From contig JBKJIT010000001.1 in the NCBI GenBank assembly GCA_046598345.1, positions 44,251-108,250 of the forward strand: DNA of 64,000 bases, in the 5' to 3' direction. Position 1 is the first letter of the stretch. The number at the start of each line of letters is the position of its first letter. The notes under the pieces are model-generated. The model had not been told where the DNA came from and did not search any database. It saw only the letters and a list, made by a program, of their open reading frames with translations. Positions 18,101-27,285 of this stretch are shown piece by piece. The position numbers and the translations under genes were made by a program. The stretch comes from Minisyncoccia bacterium. GTDB taxonomy: Bacteria > Patescibacteriota > Minisyncoccia > Phycocordibacterales > UBA918.

Positions 18101-20215
18101 GTGCTCCGTGGTATACTCATATATATGAGTGGGGATGTCCGCAAAGAAGAGAAGCAGGGAACAGGTGAGGGAAATAGGGCTGAAAACGCCACTTCTCGCG
18201 CCCGCGAGTCTGCAGAGCAAAACGAACGAATTGACGCACTACGCTCAAGACTCTATGACCGTGGCAGCGCTCCGGAAGCACTACCGCGGCACTCTCTCAA
18301 ACAATCGGCACCGATACCGGGAGAGGCTCGGACTCCTCCTCCGCATGCAATTCATGACACCTACAGTCCTCCTACTCGCACAGAGAAGAAGCAAGATTCA
18401 ATAGTCGTTCCGCCTTCTCGACCCAAGGTAGATCAGATTCAAAGTGAACCCACGGCTCATTCAACACCACCCACTATGCCAGCAAAAAAACGCATACGTT
18501 CATACCGAGGCATGCTCATGTTGGGCGGGCTCGCATTCTTTTTGCTCGCGCTTATTGTATCCAGCGTGTTCCTCTTTGGCGGAGGAAACCTGATTTCGGG
18601 TGATAATATTTCTCTCTCAGTTTTAGCTCCCACAACGATCGGGGGAGGTGAGGAGATTAGCCTACAGATTGCTGTCGCTAACCAAAATACTGTACCGATT
18701 GAATCCGGAACGCTTATTATTTCGTATCCTTCCGGGACCCAGGCAATCGAGGGAAATGGTAAGGAGCTTGGGACAGTACGTGAGCAACTTCCCACTGTGA
18801 ATCCGGGAGGAGTGCTCAATATTCCAGTCCGCGCTCGCATGTTTGGAGAAGAAAATGAAGAAAAAGCAATAAAGGTGGCCATTGAGTATCGTGTAGAGGG
18901 ATCGAACGCAACGTTCTTTAAAGAGGCAAAGCCACATATAGTGAAAATTAGCTCCTCTCCCGTCACGCTTAAAATAGATGCAGTAAAATCAATTTCTTCA
19001 GGACAAGAGGTAGAGCTTAAGCTCACGATCAATTCAAATGCATCAACACCTCTTTCTGATATTTTAGTAAAAGTAACGTACCCCGATGATGGTTTTGATT
19101 TTACGAGCTCAAAGCCTGAACCGGTATCAGGGAGAGACACGTGGCTCATTAAAGAATTGAAACCGGGTGCCACGACAACCATTACCCTCAAGGGCATCGT
19201 TATTGGAAAAGAAAGTGACGTGCGTGTGTTTTCTGTTGCTACTGGGGTGGCGAGTGAAAAGAATTCCTTCAACCTCTTTTCGATTTTCACCTCAGTGAAG
19301 CACGAGGTGGCGGTGGAAAATCCGTTTCTGAAACTCGGTCTTGAAATCAATGGTAATGATGACGACATCGTTGTGGTAAACAGTCTGCGTCGTGTAGATG
19401 TTGGTCTTACGTTTGAGAATTCTCTCGATGACACTATATATAATGGAAAAGTGAGCGTGCTACTCAAGGGAAGTGGACTCGATGACGTGGATGTGATTGT
19501 TCCAGATGGTTTCTATGATTCAAGTGCACACAAAATTACATGGGATTCCGCAGGCGTAAATGGACTTAAAGAGATAAAACCAGGTGGGAGAGTGCGGCTC
19601 TCGTTCATACTTGATCTTGACAAGTTAACTGGTGCTACCCCAGAAGTCACGATTGAAGTCTCTGGCCAAGCTGAACGGGTGTTTGAGGACCGGGTGCCAC
19701 AGAAAATTAGTGGTACGGTCTCGAAGCGGATACGCATTGAAAGTGGGGCTGAGCTTTCTTCGTCTGCACTGTATTCAGAAGGTCCGTTCAATAACTCCGG
19801 CCCCGTACCGCCTGAGGTTGAAAAGAAGACAACCTATACACTCCTTCTTGCCGTAGATAATGGAACAAATGACCTGACGAGTGCAGAAGTGACCGCGACA
19901 CTGCCGCAGTATGTTGAATGGCTTAACGTCGTGAGTAAGCCTGATGAAGTAACCTACAGTGCGGTGAGTCGAACCCTGACATGGCGCATCGGAAATATAG
20001 ATGGAAAGGGTCATGAGGAACTGTGGGTGCAGGTCGCCTTTACACCAAGTAATAACCAGGAAGGGGAGATTCCTACAATCTTAGAGTCACAGCGATTCCG
20101 TGCGACAAATCGATTCACGAACACCACAGTTCGTGATGAGGCATCTCCACTCACCACCGAGCTCATCAATGACCCTGAAGCGGGCGGAGGAGAGGGGCGG
20201 GTAGAGGATAATTAG
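18101..20215 (+). CDS. Large membrane-anchored extracellular beta-rich protein
   Basis: Pro-rich cytoplasmic N-terminus, a single TM helix (LMLGGLAFFLLALIVSSVFLF), then about 530 aa of repetitive beta-rich sequence resembling repeat domains (DUF11-like). Acidic C-terminus. Confidence 0.55.
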   Translation: MLRGILIYMSGDVRKEEKQGTGEGNRAENATSRARESAEQNERIDALRSRLYDRGSAPEALPRHSLKQSAPIPGEARTPPPHAIHDTYSPPTRTEKKQDSIVVPPSRPKVDQIQSEPTAHSTPPTMPAKKRIRSYRGMLMLGGLAFFLLALIVSSVFLFGGGNLISGDNISLSVLAPTTIGGGEEISLQIAVANQNTVPIESGTLIISYPSGTQAIEGNGKELGTVREQLPTVNPGGVLNIPVRARMFGEENEEKAIKVAIEYRVEGSNATFFKEAKPHIVKISSSPVTLKIDAVKSISSGQEVELKLTINSNASTPLSDILVKVTYPDDGFDFTSSKPEPVSGRDTWLIKELKPGATTTITLKGIVIGKESDVRVFSVATGVASEKNSFNLFSIFTSVKHEVAVENPFLKLGLEINGNDDDIVVVNSLRRVDVGLTFENSLDDTIYNGKVSVLLKGSGLDDVDVIVPDGFYDSSAHKITWDSAGVNGLKEIKPGGRVRLSFILDLDKLTGATPEVTIEVSGQAERVFEDRVPQKISGTVSKRIRIESGAELSSSALYSEGPFNNSGPVPPEVEKKTTYTLLLAVDNGTNDLTSAEVTATLPQYVEWLNVVSKPDEVTYSAVSRTLTWRIGNIDGKGHEELWVQVAFTPSNNQEGEIPTILESQRFRATNRFTNTTVRDEASPLTTELINDPEAGGGEGRVEDN

Positions 20216-20271
20216 AGTGGGCCTTTTCCCATTCGTATCTCAGCCTTGAAACTTATTTCTGAGCGTATATA

Positions 20272-21681
20272 TTGATCAGTATGAATACATCTTCACGAGA
20301 CGGACTTATGGATAAAATCGTGTCGCTCGCTAAGCGCCGAGGTTTTGTGTTTCAAGGTTCAGAGATTTATGGCGGTTTTGTTGGCGTCTATGATTATGGA
20401 CCGTACGGTGTTGAGCTTGCGAACAATTTGAAGGCAGCATGGTGGAAGGCAATGGTTCAACAAGAACGAAACATTGTTGGTCTTGATTCAGGAATTGTGA
20501 CGCATCCACGCGTGTGGGAAGCGTCAGGGCATGTGAATGGCTTTTCGGACCCGCTGGTTGAATGTAAAGAATGCAACACCCGTTCGCGGGCAGATCATCT
20601 CCTTGAAGAGGCAGGAGTGTTTGCTGATGAAAAAATGAGCATCGAGGAAATAAATACGCTCTTTGATGCGGAGCGTACGAAGCTTACGTGTCCTAAATGT
20701 GGTCAAAAAAACTTTGGGGAAGTGAAACGTTTTAATCTTCTCGTACAAACAAATCTCGGGAATTTTTCAAGTGATTGGACAAAGGACCCGACCTATCTTC
20801 GGGGGGAAACCTGCCAGGGTATTTATATCAATTTTAAAAATATCGTCGATTCTTCGCGGGTGAAAGTGCCATTTGGTATCGCACAAATCGGAAAAGCATT
20901 TCGAAATGAGATCGCCCCACGACAATACATTTTTAGAAAACGAGAATTTGAACAAATGGAAATGCAGATGTTTGTGCGTCCGGAAGACGAAATGACAACA
21001 TATGAGACGTGGAGAAAAAAGCGGTGGCAGTACTACCTTGATCTTGGATTCAAAGAAGAGAATTTAAAATGGCACGAGCACGAAAATTTGGTGTTTTATG
21101 CGAAAGCGGCGTGGGATATTGAATATAAATTCCCTTTTGGTTTCAAGGAACTTGAAGGCATCCATGCGCGGGGTGACTATGATTTGACCCAGCATCAACA
21201 ATTTTCAGGAAAGGATCTCTCGTATCTTGATCCAGTTACGAACGAACGCTATGTGCCGCATGTCGTGGAGACATCGGTTGGGCTCGACCGTACATTTCTC
21301 GCGGCCCTCACTGAATTTTATGATGAGGATGAACTTGGAGGGGAGACGCGCACGGTGCTTCGGTTTCCTAAGGCGCTTGCTCCCATCAAGGTTGCGGTTT
21401 TTCCACTGCTAAAAAATAAACCGGAACTTGTCGCCAAAGCAGACGAAGTATTTGTGATGCTTTCAAAAGTCATGCGTGCCGAGTTCGATGATAACGGAAA
21501 TATTGGAAAGCGGTATCGACGACAAGACGAAATTGGTACTCCACACTGTGTGACGATTGATTTTGAAACACTTGGGGAAGAAAAGCCTGAACTAAAGGAT
21601 ACGGTTACGATCCGAGATCGCGACACCGGTGAGCAGGAGCGTGTTTTGATTTCTGAGCTTATACATTTTTTACGCAAATAG
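20272..21681 (+). CDS. glyQS: Glycine--tRNA ligase (dimeric alpha2 type)
   Basis: RRGFVFQGSEIYGG, class II motifs, C-terminal anticodon-binding domain. The start may be the Met at 20308. Confidence 0.85.
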   Translation: MISMNTSSRDGLMDKIVSLAKRRGFVFQGSEIYGGFVGVYDYGPYGVELANNLKAAWWKAMVQQERNIVGLDSGIVTHPRVWEASGHVNGFSDPLVECKECNTRSRADHLLEEAGVFADEKMSIEEINTLFDAERTKLTCPKCGQKNFGEVKRFNLLVQTNLGNFSSDWTKDPTYLRGETCQGIYINFKNIVDSSRVKVPFGIAQIGKAFRNEIAPRQYIFRKREFEQMEMQMFVRPEDEMTTYETWRKKRWQYYLDLGFKEENLKWHEHENLVFYAKAAWDIEYKFPFGFKELEGIHARGDYDLTQHQQFSGKDLSYLDPVTNERYVPHVVETSVGLDRTFLAALTEFYDEDELGGETRTVLRFPKALAPIKVAVFPLLKNKPELVAKADEVFVMLSKVMRAEFDDNGNIGKRYRRQDEIGTPHCVTIDFETLGEEKPELKDTVTIRDRDTGEQERVLISELIHFLRK

Positions 21682-21682
21682 T

Positions 21683-23122
21683 ATGGCTGCGCGCTATCTC
21701 ACGACAACCCTTCCGTATGTAAATGACGACCCTCACATCGGACATGCGCTTGAGTTTGTGCAGGCTGATTCACTCGCACGATATTGGCGACTTATGGGCC
21801 ATGAGGTTTTTTTTAACACGGGTACCGACGAACATGGACAAAAAATTTCTCGTAAAGCAGACGAAAAGGGAGAAGAAAGACAAGCGTATGTTGATCATTT
21901 TGCCTCACGTTTCAAAGATTCACTTCAGGTCCTTAATCTTTCCTATGACGCCTTTATTCGTACCACAAACGAAAATCATAAAAAAGCAGCGCAGGAACTC
22001 TGGAAGCTGTGCGCGGCTAGAGGTGATATCTATAAGAAAAAATACAGCGGACTGTACTGCGTCGGGTGTGAGTCTTTTAAAAAGGACTCCGATTTAGTTA
22101 ATGGTCTATGTCCTGATCATCAAAAAGCACCGGAAGTTATTGAGGAAGAGAATTATTTTTTCGCACTCTCGAAGTACCAAGGATACATCGAAGACTACCT
22201 TGCTCGTGAAGGCGTTATTGTGCCCGAGTGGAGGAGGCAGGAAGCACTTAATTTCGTAAAAGATGGACTTGAAGATTTCAGCATTTCTCGCGAAAAGACC
22301 CGTATGAATTGGGGGGTTGATGTCCCCGGTGATGATACACATGTCATGTACGTGTGGTTTGATGCGCTCACTAACTATATCTCGACCTTAGGATGGCCAG
22401 AAGATGAAGGGGGATGCTATAAGAAATTTTGGGAAAAAGGGAGTCCCATGCAAATGGCCGGAAAGGATCAAGTACGTTTCCAATCGATCATGTGGCAGGC
22501 AATGCTTAAGTCAGCTGGGCTGCCTCCCACTTTCACTGTTTTGTATCATGGGTTTATTAATTCTGGAGGTCAAAAAATGAGCAAGTCGATAGGAAACGTG
22601 ATTAGTCCGTTCGACATCATTAAAAAATATGGAACCGATGCAACCCGCTATCTGCTCTTGCGTCACGTGCATCCCTTTGATGATACCGATATCACACACG
22701 ATCGACTCGATGAGTGGTTTAATGCGCATCTTGCAAACGGACTTGGTAATCTCGTCTCCCGCGTAATGAAAATGGCAGAAGATAACCTCGACGCCCCCGT
22801 TCCTGTCACTGCTGCGCCACTCGAAGAAGCCTTTACGAAGCATATGGATATGTATCGCTTTGACGAGGCAATGAACCTCATTTTCGAACACATTGGCAAA
22901 GGGGATCAGTATATCCAAGACACGCTTCCATTTAAAAAGATAAAATCTGAAAATCCTGAAGAGGTAAAAGAAGGGAAAGCGGTGATCGAGAAATTGGTTC
23001 AGCATATCTACCGCATTTCGGAACACCTCGTGCCGTTTATGCCTGAAACTGCAGAAAAAATTATGCAGGCGGTGCGAGAAAACAAAAAACCTGAAACACT
23101 TTTTGCGAGAATTGAAGCATAA
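21683..23122 (+). CDS. metG: Methionine--tRNA ligase
   Basis: HIGH (PHIGHALE), KMSKS (GQKMSKSIGN), Zn knuckle CxxC...CPDH. Confidence 0.9.
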   Translation: MAARYLTTTLPYVNDDPHIGHALEFVQADSLARYWRLMGHEVFFNTGTDEHGQKISRKADEKGEERQAYVDHFASRFKDSLQVLNLSYDAFIRTTNENHKKAAQELWKLCAARGDIYKKKYSGLYCVGCESFKKDSDLVNGLCPDHQKAPEVIEEENYFFALSKYQGYIEDYLAREGVIVPEWRRQEALNFVKDGLEDFSISREKTRMNWGVDVPGDDTHVMYVWFDALTNYISTLGWPEDEGGCYKKFWEKGSPMQMAGKDQVRFQSIMWQAMLKSAGLPPTFTVLYHGFINSGGQKMSKSIGNVISPFDIIKKYGTDATRYLLLRHVHPFDDTDITHDRLDEWFNAHLANGLGNLVSRVMKMAEDNLDAPVPVTAAPLEEAFTKHMDMYRFDEAMNLIFEHIGKGDQYIQDTLPFKKIKSENPEEVKEGKAVIEKLVQHIYRISEHLVPFMPETAEKIMQAVRENKKPETLFARIEA

Positions 23123-23210
23123 AAAAATCTACAACAAACTAGTTCGCGACAAAACGATCGATATCGACAACATGATGTTGAAGAAAGAATCTGTGCAGGA
23201 AGATATTAAG

Positions 23211-23258
23211 TACATAACCATCACTATTCCGGTTAACCGGAATAGTGATGGTTATGTA
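23211..23258. repeat. Perfect 48-bp palindrome between the convergent metG and HTH gene; contains the ATTCCGGTTAACCGGAAT core
   Basis: tacataaccatcactattccggtt|aaccggaatagtgatggttatgta; likely a bidirectional terminator. Confidence 0.7.
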
Positions 23259-23656
23259 CTCCGGTAGCGGTCGAGTCCAACTCGATGCGGAAGTAGATCT
23301 CCGAGATGAAAAATTGAATCGAGAGTATCAATGAGTTTGAAGTAATCTCGCTTTTTTTTCATGAGCAATCTGATAATACCGGCATATCCTCCCGACTCTA
23401 TTTTGAGTGCAATTATTCCGGTAGTTGTAGGACTGAGTTTAAGTAGGCGAGAGGTTTTATACTGAGAATATCCTTCGGAGATAAGTATAATAGCCGCAAG
23501 TCGCTTTGCAACGGTAAGTCGTTCTTCTTTTCCAAGAAGCTCATCAAGAAAGATTGTCGTTGCACGAGGGTTGAGTTTTGTAAGTATCAAATCAAATTGT
23601 CGCATTAAACGAACCACGTCATGTGGAGACAGTTGATTGCGATTTACATTAACCAT
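23252..23656 (-). CDS. TrpR/YerC-YecD-family small HTH protein
   Basis: LSPHDVVRLMRQFDLI...LLGKEERLTVAKRLAAIILISEGYSQYKTSRLLKLSPTTT resembles the Trp-repressor-like fold. I chose the start at the internal Met, because the longer ORF would overlap tatD. Confidence 0.5.
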   Translation of the reverse strand: MVNVNRNQLSPHDVVRLMRQFDLILTKLNPRATTIFLDELLGKEERLTVAKRLAAIILISEGYSQYKTSRLLKLSPTTTGIIALKIESGGYAGIIRLLMKKKRDYFKLIDTLDSIFHLGDLLPHRVGLDRYRST

Positions 23657-23676
23657 TAGTACTAGTATATCAAATA

Positions 23677-23694
23677 TTCCGGTTAACCGGAATA
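23677..23694. promoter_or_regulatory. Second copy of the 18-bp perfect palindrome ATTCCGGTTAACCGGAAT in the divergent promoter region (candidate operator)
   Basis: Lies between the HTH gene start (23656) and the tatD start (23728). The adjacent TAGTACTAGTATA is also palindromic. Confidence 0.45.
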
Positions 23695-23727
23695 ATATTT
23701 GTGGTACTTCTATGATAATGTTAAGAG

Positions 23728-24576
23728 ATGATGGAGTATAAATACATTGATGTGCACTCACATATTCACGGCAGAGAATTTGATGCCGATCGAGGAGAAG
23801 TACTTTTGCGTATGCAAAACGAAGGGATTGCAACGATTGCGATTGGTACGGGCCTTGAAACGAGTAAGGCAGCAATTTCTGTTGCAGAGAAAAATGAACA
23901 TGTGTATGCAACGGTGGGACTCCATCCAGTTGACGATACGGAAGAACCTTTTAACGAAGCAGACTTCCGAACGCTTCTTGCGCACCCTAAAGTTGTGGGA
24001 TTGGGAGAGTGCGGACTCGACTATCACTACATTGAAACTTTCTTTGAAAAGGAAAAAGTTAAGAACGGCTGGACGCATACCAAAGATGCCGAAGCAGACA
24101 GACAGCGTGAACTTTTTGAACGACAGATTACGCTTGCAGTCGAAATGGGGAAGCCACTCATGCTCCATGGTCGTCCATCTCCAAAAACCATGGATGCATA
24201 TGAAGACATGCTCTATATGCTTAAAAATGCAGCGACAAGATATGGAGATCGACTCAGAGGTAATTTTCACTTTTTTGTCGGAAACGTAGAAATTGCAAAA
24301 CAGGTTCTCGACATCGGTTTTACAATGAGTTTTTCGGGTGTCATCACCTTTGCTCATGATTATGATGATGTAGTCCGCTATGTTCCTCTCACCACAATGC
24401 ACGCAGAAACAGATTCGCCCTACGCCGCCCCGGTGCCTTTCCGTGGAAAACGAAATGAGCCGACGTTTGTGAAGGAAATCTACACATATATCGCAACTGT
24501 CAGGAACGAAGACGAGGAAAAAGTAAGAGCAACACTCATTCAAAATGCACAACGAGTATTCCAAATAGTAATGTAA
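23728..24576 (+). CDS. tatD: TatD-family metal-dependent hydrolase/DNase
   Basis: IDVHSHIH, GLHP, GECGLDYHY, MLHGR..., FHFF... motifs. Confidence 0.85.
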   Translation: MMEYKYIDVHSHIHGREFDADRGEVLLRMQNEGIATIAIGTGLETSKAAISVAEKNEHVYATVGLHPVDDTEEPFNEADFRTLLAHPKVVGLGECGLDYHYIETFFEKEKVKNGWTHTKDAEADRQRELFERQITLAVEMGKPLMLHGRPSPKTMDAYEDMLYMLKNAATRYGDRLRGNFHFFVGNVEIAKQVLDIGFTMSFSGVITFAHDYDDVVRYVPLTTMHAETDSPYAAPVPFRGKRNEPTFVKEIYTYIATVRNEDEEKVRATLIQNAQRVFQIVM

Positions 24577-24658
24577 AGCGATCAGATGGCAGTTAGATTG
24601 ACAGGCGATCGCGTTCTCGATAGTCTGGGCAAAGTTGTACAACCAGGAGGGGGTGGAA

Positions 24659-24910
24659 ATGGAAAAGTGTGGAATTCTCACGAGCGATCATCTTATTACC
24701 AAAGGATTGGAATGTTCGGGATGTCTTCGGCATCTAGGGCACTACGACCCACACTTGGTAAGGCGATCCAGTGGAACATTCGTTGCGTTCCAGACTGACT
24801 GGAGCTGCGAGTGTGAGGCTTGCCTGGGAGATGAATCGGATAAGTGGTGTGAGATTTACTGGGAAGTGACACCTGCTGAATCTGACGAACTTATACAGAG
24901 ATACCCGTAG
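24659..24910 (+). CDS. Small Cys-rich (putative Zn-ribbon) protein, 83 aa
   Basis: Strong SD aggagggggtggaaATG; pairs CxxC, CEC, EAC; a hairpin terminator overlaps the stop codon. Confidence 0.35.
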   Translation: MEKCGILTSDHLITKGLECSGCLRHLGHYDPHLVRRSSGTFVAFQTDWSCECEACLGDESDKWCEIYWEVTPAESDELIQRYP

Positions 24911-24927
24911 CCTATGGCTACGGGTAT
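24901..24927 (+). terminator. Hairpin atacccgtagc-ctat-ggctacgggtat
   Basis: Perfect 11-bp stem. Confidence 0.5.
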
Positions 24928-25015
24928 ATTTGGATAAAAACCAATCATTGACTTTGATAGTTATATTGAGCAGAATTGCACCTGGCAAAAGCTCATTCAC
25001 TTTAAGGAGAAGTTC

Positions 25016-25330
25016 ATGGAGCATGGCACAATATTAGGAATCGGCGTCATCCTCCTGCTCGGCTACTATGTATGGAGTGAGAATAAGCGGGACAGGGACG
25101 TGATCTTCAAAGCCCTGAGCGACAAAGAATGGCTGACTGTTGATCAGATTCTTCAGCGCACCGCGGGTAGTGGCAGAAAAATTGAAACAGAAATGATTCA
25201 TTCCGCACTGCGTGCGTTCGAGAAACGGAAGTTAGTTGAACCCGGACGCTCAAAAGACCCCCGTGTTGTGCTACTCACGAATAAAGGAGCCTGGCAGCAT
25301 AACTCAAGGTACTATCGATGTGACACCTGA
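25016..25330 (+). CDS. Small membrane-anchored winged-helix-like protein
   Basis: SD aaggagaag; an N-terminal TM helix, then a helix-rich roughly 80-aa region. Confidence 0.35.
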   Translation: MEHGTILGIGVILLLGYYVWSENKRDRDVIFKALSDKEWLTVDQILQRTAGSGRKIETEMIHSALRAFEKRKLVEPGRSKDPRVVLLTNKGAWQHNSRYYRCDT

Positions 25331-25440
25331 CGTTTCCAAGTGCAAATCAAAACAAATCCCCTCGGCCCTTGTGACCGCGGGGATTTCTATTATCTAATCA
25401 AAATTACTTTTTTACCCCCCCCGTCTCTGTTTGTGATAAA

Positions 25441-26364
25441 ATGGTCTATATGAAAAAATTTATCGCTCCCATCGTAATCATCCTACTCATTGGCATTATT
25501 ATATATTTATGGAGCCAACGCTCACGAGATACCGTCATAGTTCCAACTCAAACCACCATTGAAACACCAACTGATACTGTTTCAACCTCCACCGTCACCG
25601 AAACTCCTGAAGAAGTGGATGAAAGCAAGACTGTTATCGGTACATCAGTTGAAGAGCGAGATATAACGGCGTATCACTATGGCGGAGGAGAACGAGAGGT
25701 ACTTTTTATGGGGGGTATACATGGAGGATATGGGTGGAACACCACTCTCGTTGCTTACGAACTCATGGATTATCTTGAAGCAAACCCTAGTGCAATACCA
25801 TCTAATGTGCGCGTAACGGTGATTCCAGTGTTGAATCCTGATGGTCTTAATAAAGTGGTGGGGACTGATGGACGCTTTTCCGCAGATGATGCGCCAGTCC
25901 TAACGAAAGACACCATACCTGGCCGCTTCAACGCACATGGTGTTGATCTCAATCGCAATTTTGATTGTGACTGGCAAGCATCTGGTAAATGGCAGAATAT
26001 GACGGTGAGCGGTGGAAGTCAGGCATTCTCTGAACCTGAAAGTCAGGCTGTAAAAAAGTATGTAGAAGATCATGAAATCAGTGGAGCAATTGTATGGTAT
26101 AGCGCAGCGGGAGGAGTTTATGCGTCTGCGTGTGATGAGGGAGTACTGCCTGAAAGTAAGACTCTTACAAACATATATGCAAAGGCTTCTGGATATTCTG
26201 CACACGAAAGTTTTGATTCCTATGCCGTTACTGGAGACATGGTAAATTGGCTCGCAAAAAGGGATGTGCCCGCAATCAGTGTTCTTCTCACCAATCATAC
26301 GGATACTGAATGGTCTAAGAACAAAGCTGGTATTGAAGCAGCACTTAAGCATTTTGCTGAGTAA
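25441..26364 (+). CDS. M14-family zinc carboxypeptidase (MpaA/gamma-D-Glu-DAP peptidase-like), membrane-anchored, paralog 1
   Basis: GGIHGGYGWN, NPDG, RFNAHGVDLNRNFDCDW motifs; N-terminal TM helix. Confidence 0.7.
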   Translation: MVYMKKFIAPIVIILLIGIIIYLWSQRSRDTVIVPTQTTIETPTDTVSTSTVTETPEEVDESKTVIGTSVEERDITAYHYGGGEREVLFMGGIHGGYGWNTTLVAYELMDYLEANPSAIPSNVRVTVIPVLNPDGLNKVVGTDGRFSADDAPVLTKDTIPGRFNAHGVDLNRNFDCDWQASGKWQNMTVSGGSQAFSEPESQAVKKYVEDHEISGAIVWYSAAGGVYASACDEGVLPESKTLTNIYAKASGYSAHESFDSYAVTGDMVNWLAKRDVPAISVLLTNHTDTEWSKNKAGIEAALKHFAE

Positions 26365-27272
26365 TGTTTCTCTCTCGGTACAGGAGAGTAGTCCTTGTAG
26401 GGATCTTGATCGTGTTCCTCGTCTGCGTTAGTGCGTATCTATATCATCGATCAAGGGATGTATCTGATGTTGTCCACGAGATTCCTGTACTTGAGGAGAG
26501 TGCTTCAACGACTCCAACGGAGATCGCGCACATAAGAACGACGATAGGAACTTCAGTCGAGGGGAGGGCAATCGAGGCGTATACCTTTGGGAGTGGCGGT
26601 ACGCACCTCGTCTTTGTTGGTGGTATACACGGAGGGTATGAGTGGAATAGCGTTGTGTTAGCATATGAAGCAATCACGTACCTTACCTCTAATCCTACAA
26701 TTATTCCGGACAGCCTTCGCGTTACCGTTATTCCCTCAGCAAATCCGGATGGTGTATATACAGTTGTTGGGAAAGAAGGACCCTTTACAGTGAGTGATGT
26801 ACCTAAGGAAGTGGGGCCTCTTGGCACCGGACGATTCAATGCACGAGGAGTTGATCTTAATCGCAATTTTGATTGTAAGTGGAAGTCGGAAAGCATGTGG
26901 AGAGGAAATGTCGTGAGTGCTGGAACATCCGCATTTTCGGAGCCTGAAGCTGTCGTTCTTCGTGATTTCTTGTTAGCGGAGAAACCCGTCGGGGTTGTGT
27001 TTTGGCACAGTCAGGCAAATGCAGTATATGCATCTGAATGCACTGAGGGTGTATTGCCACAGACCCTTACACTTATGCAGACCTACTCAAAAGCCGCCGG
27101 GTATACGGCCATTCCGACATTTGACTCCTATGAAGTCACTGGAGATGCGGAGGGTTGGCTCGCCTCTATTCAAATTCCTGCAATCACGGTGGAGCTCAAG
27201 ACACACGAGTCAATTGAGTGGGAAAAAAATCTCCTCGGACTTAAAGCGGTTATTAATTACTATGGAAGATAG
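26364..27272 (+). CDS. M14-family zinc carboxypeptidase, paralog 2 (tandem duplicate)
   Basis: Same motif set (GGIHGGYEWN, NPDG, RFNARGVDLNRNFDCKW); start overlaps the stop of paralog 1. Confidence 0.7.
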   Translation: MFLSRYRRVVLVGILIVFLVCVSAYLYHRSRDVSDVVHEIPVLEESASTTPTEIAHIRTTIGTSVEGRAIEAYTFGSGGTHLVFVGGIHGGYEWNSVVLAYEAITYLTSNPTIIPDSLRVTVIPSANPDGVYTVVGKEGPFTVSDVPKEVGPLGTGRFNARGVDLNRNFDCKWKSESMWRGNVVSAGTSAFSEPEAVVLRDFLLAEKPVGVVFWHSQANAVYASECTEGVLPQTLTLMQTYSKAAGYTAIPTFDSYEVTGDAEGWLASIQIPAITVELKTHESIEWEKNLLGLKAVINYYGR

Positions 27273-27285
27273 TTAGCTCGGTACG

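Noticed and set aside
18457-19467. 336-aa minus-strand ORF
   Set aside because: It is antisense to the large surface-protein gene and its translation is low-complexity Ser/Thr/Pro. The sense frame has a TM anchor and coherent domain structure.
23747-24681. Overlapping 180-aa (plus) and 307-aa (minus) ORFs
   Set aside because: Both are alternative frames of tatD. The tatD frame carries the conserved His/Asp metal-binding motifs. The minus-strand ORF is Cys/Phe-rich with no motifs.
25355-25392. Putative terminator after the 104-aa ORF (aaatcccc...ggggattt)
   Set aside because: The stem encloses a 17-nt loop and the T-run is weak. That is too uncertain to list as a feature.
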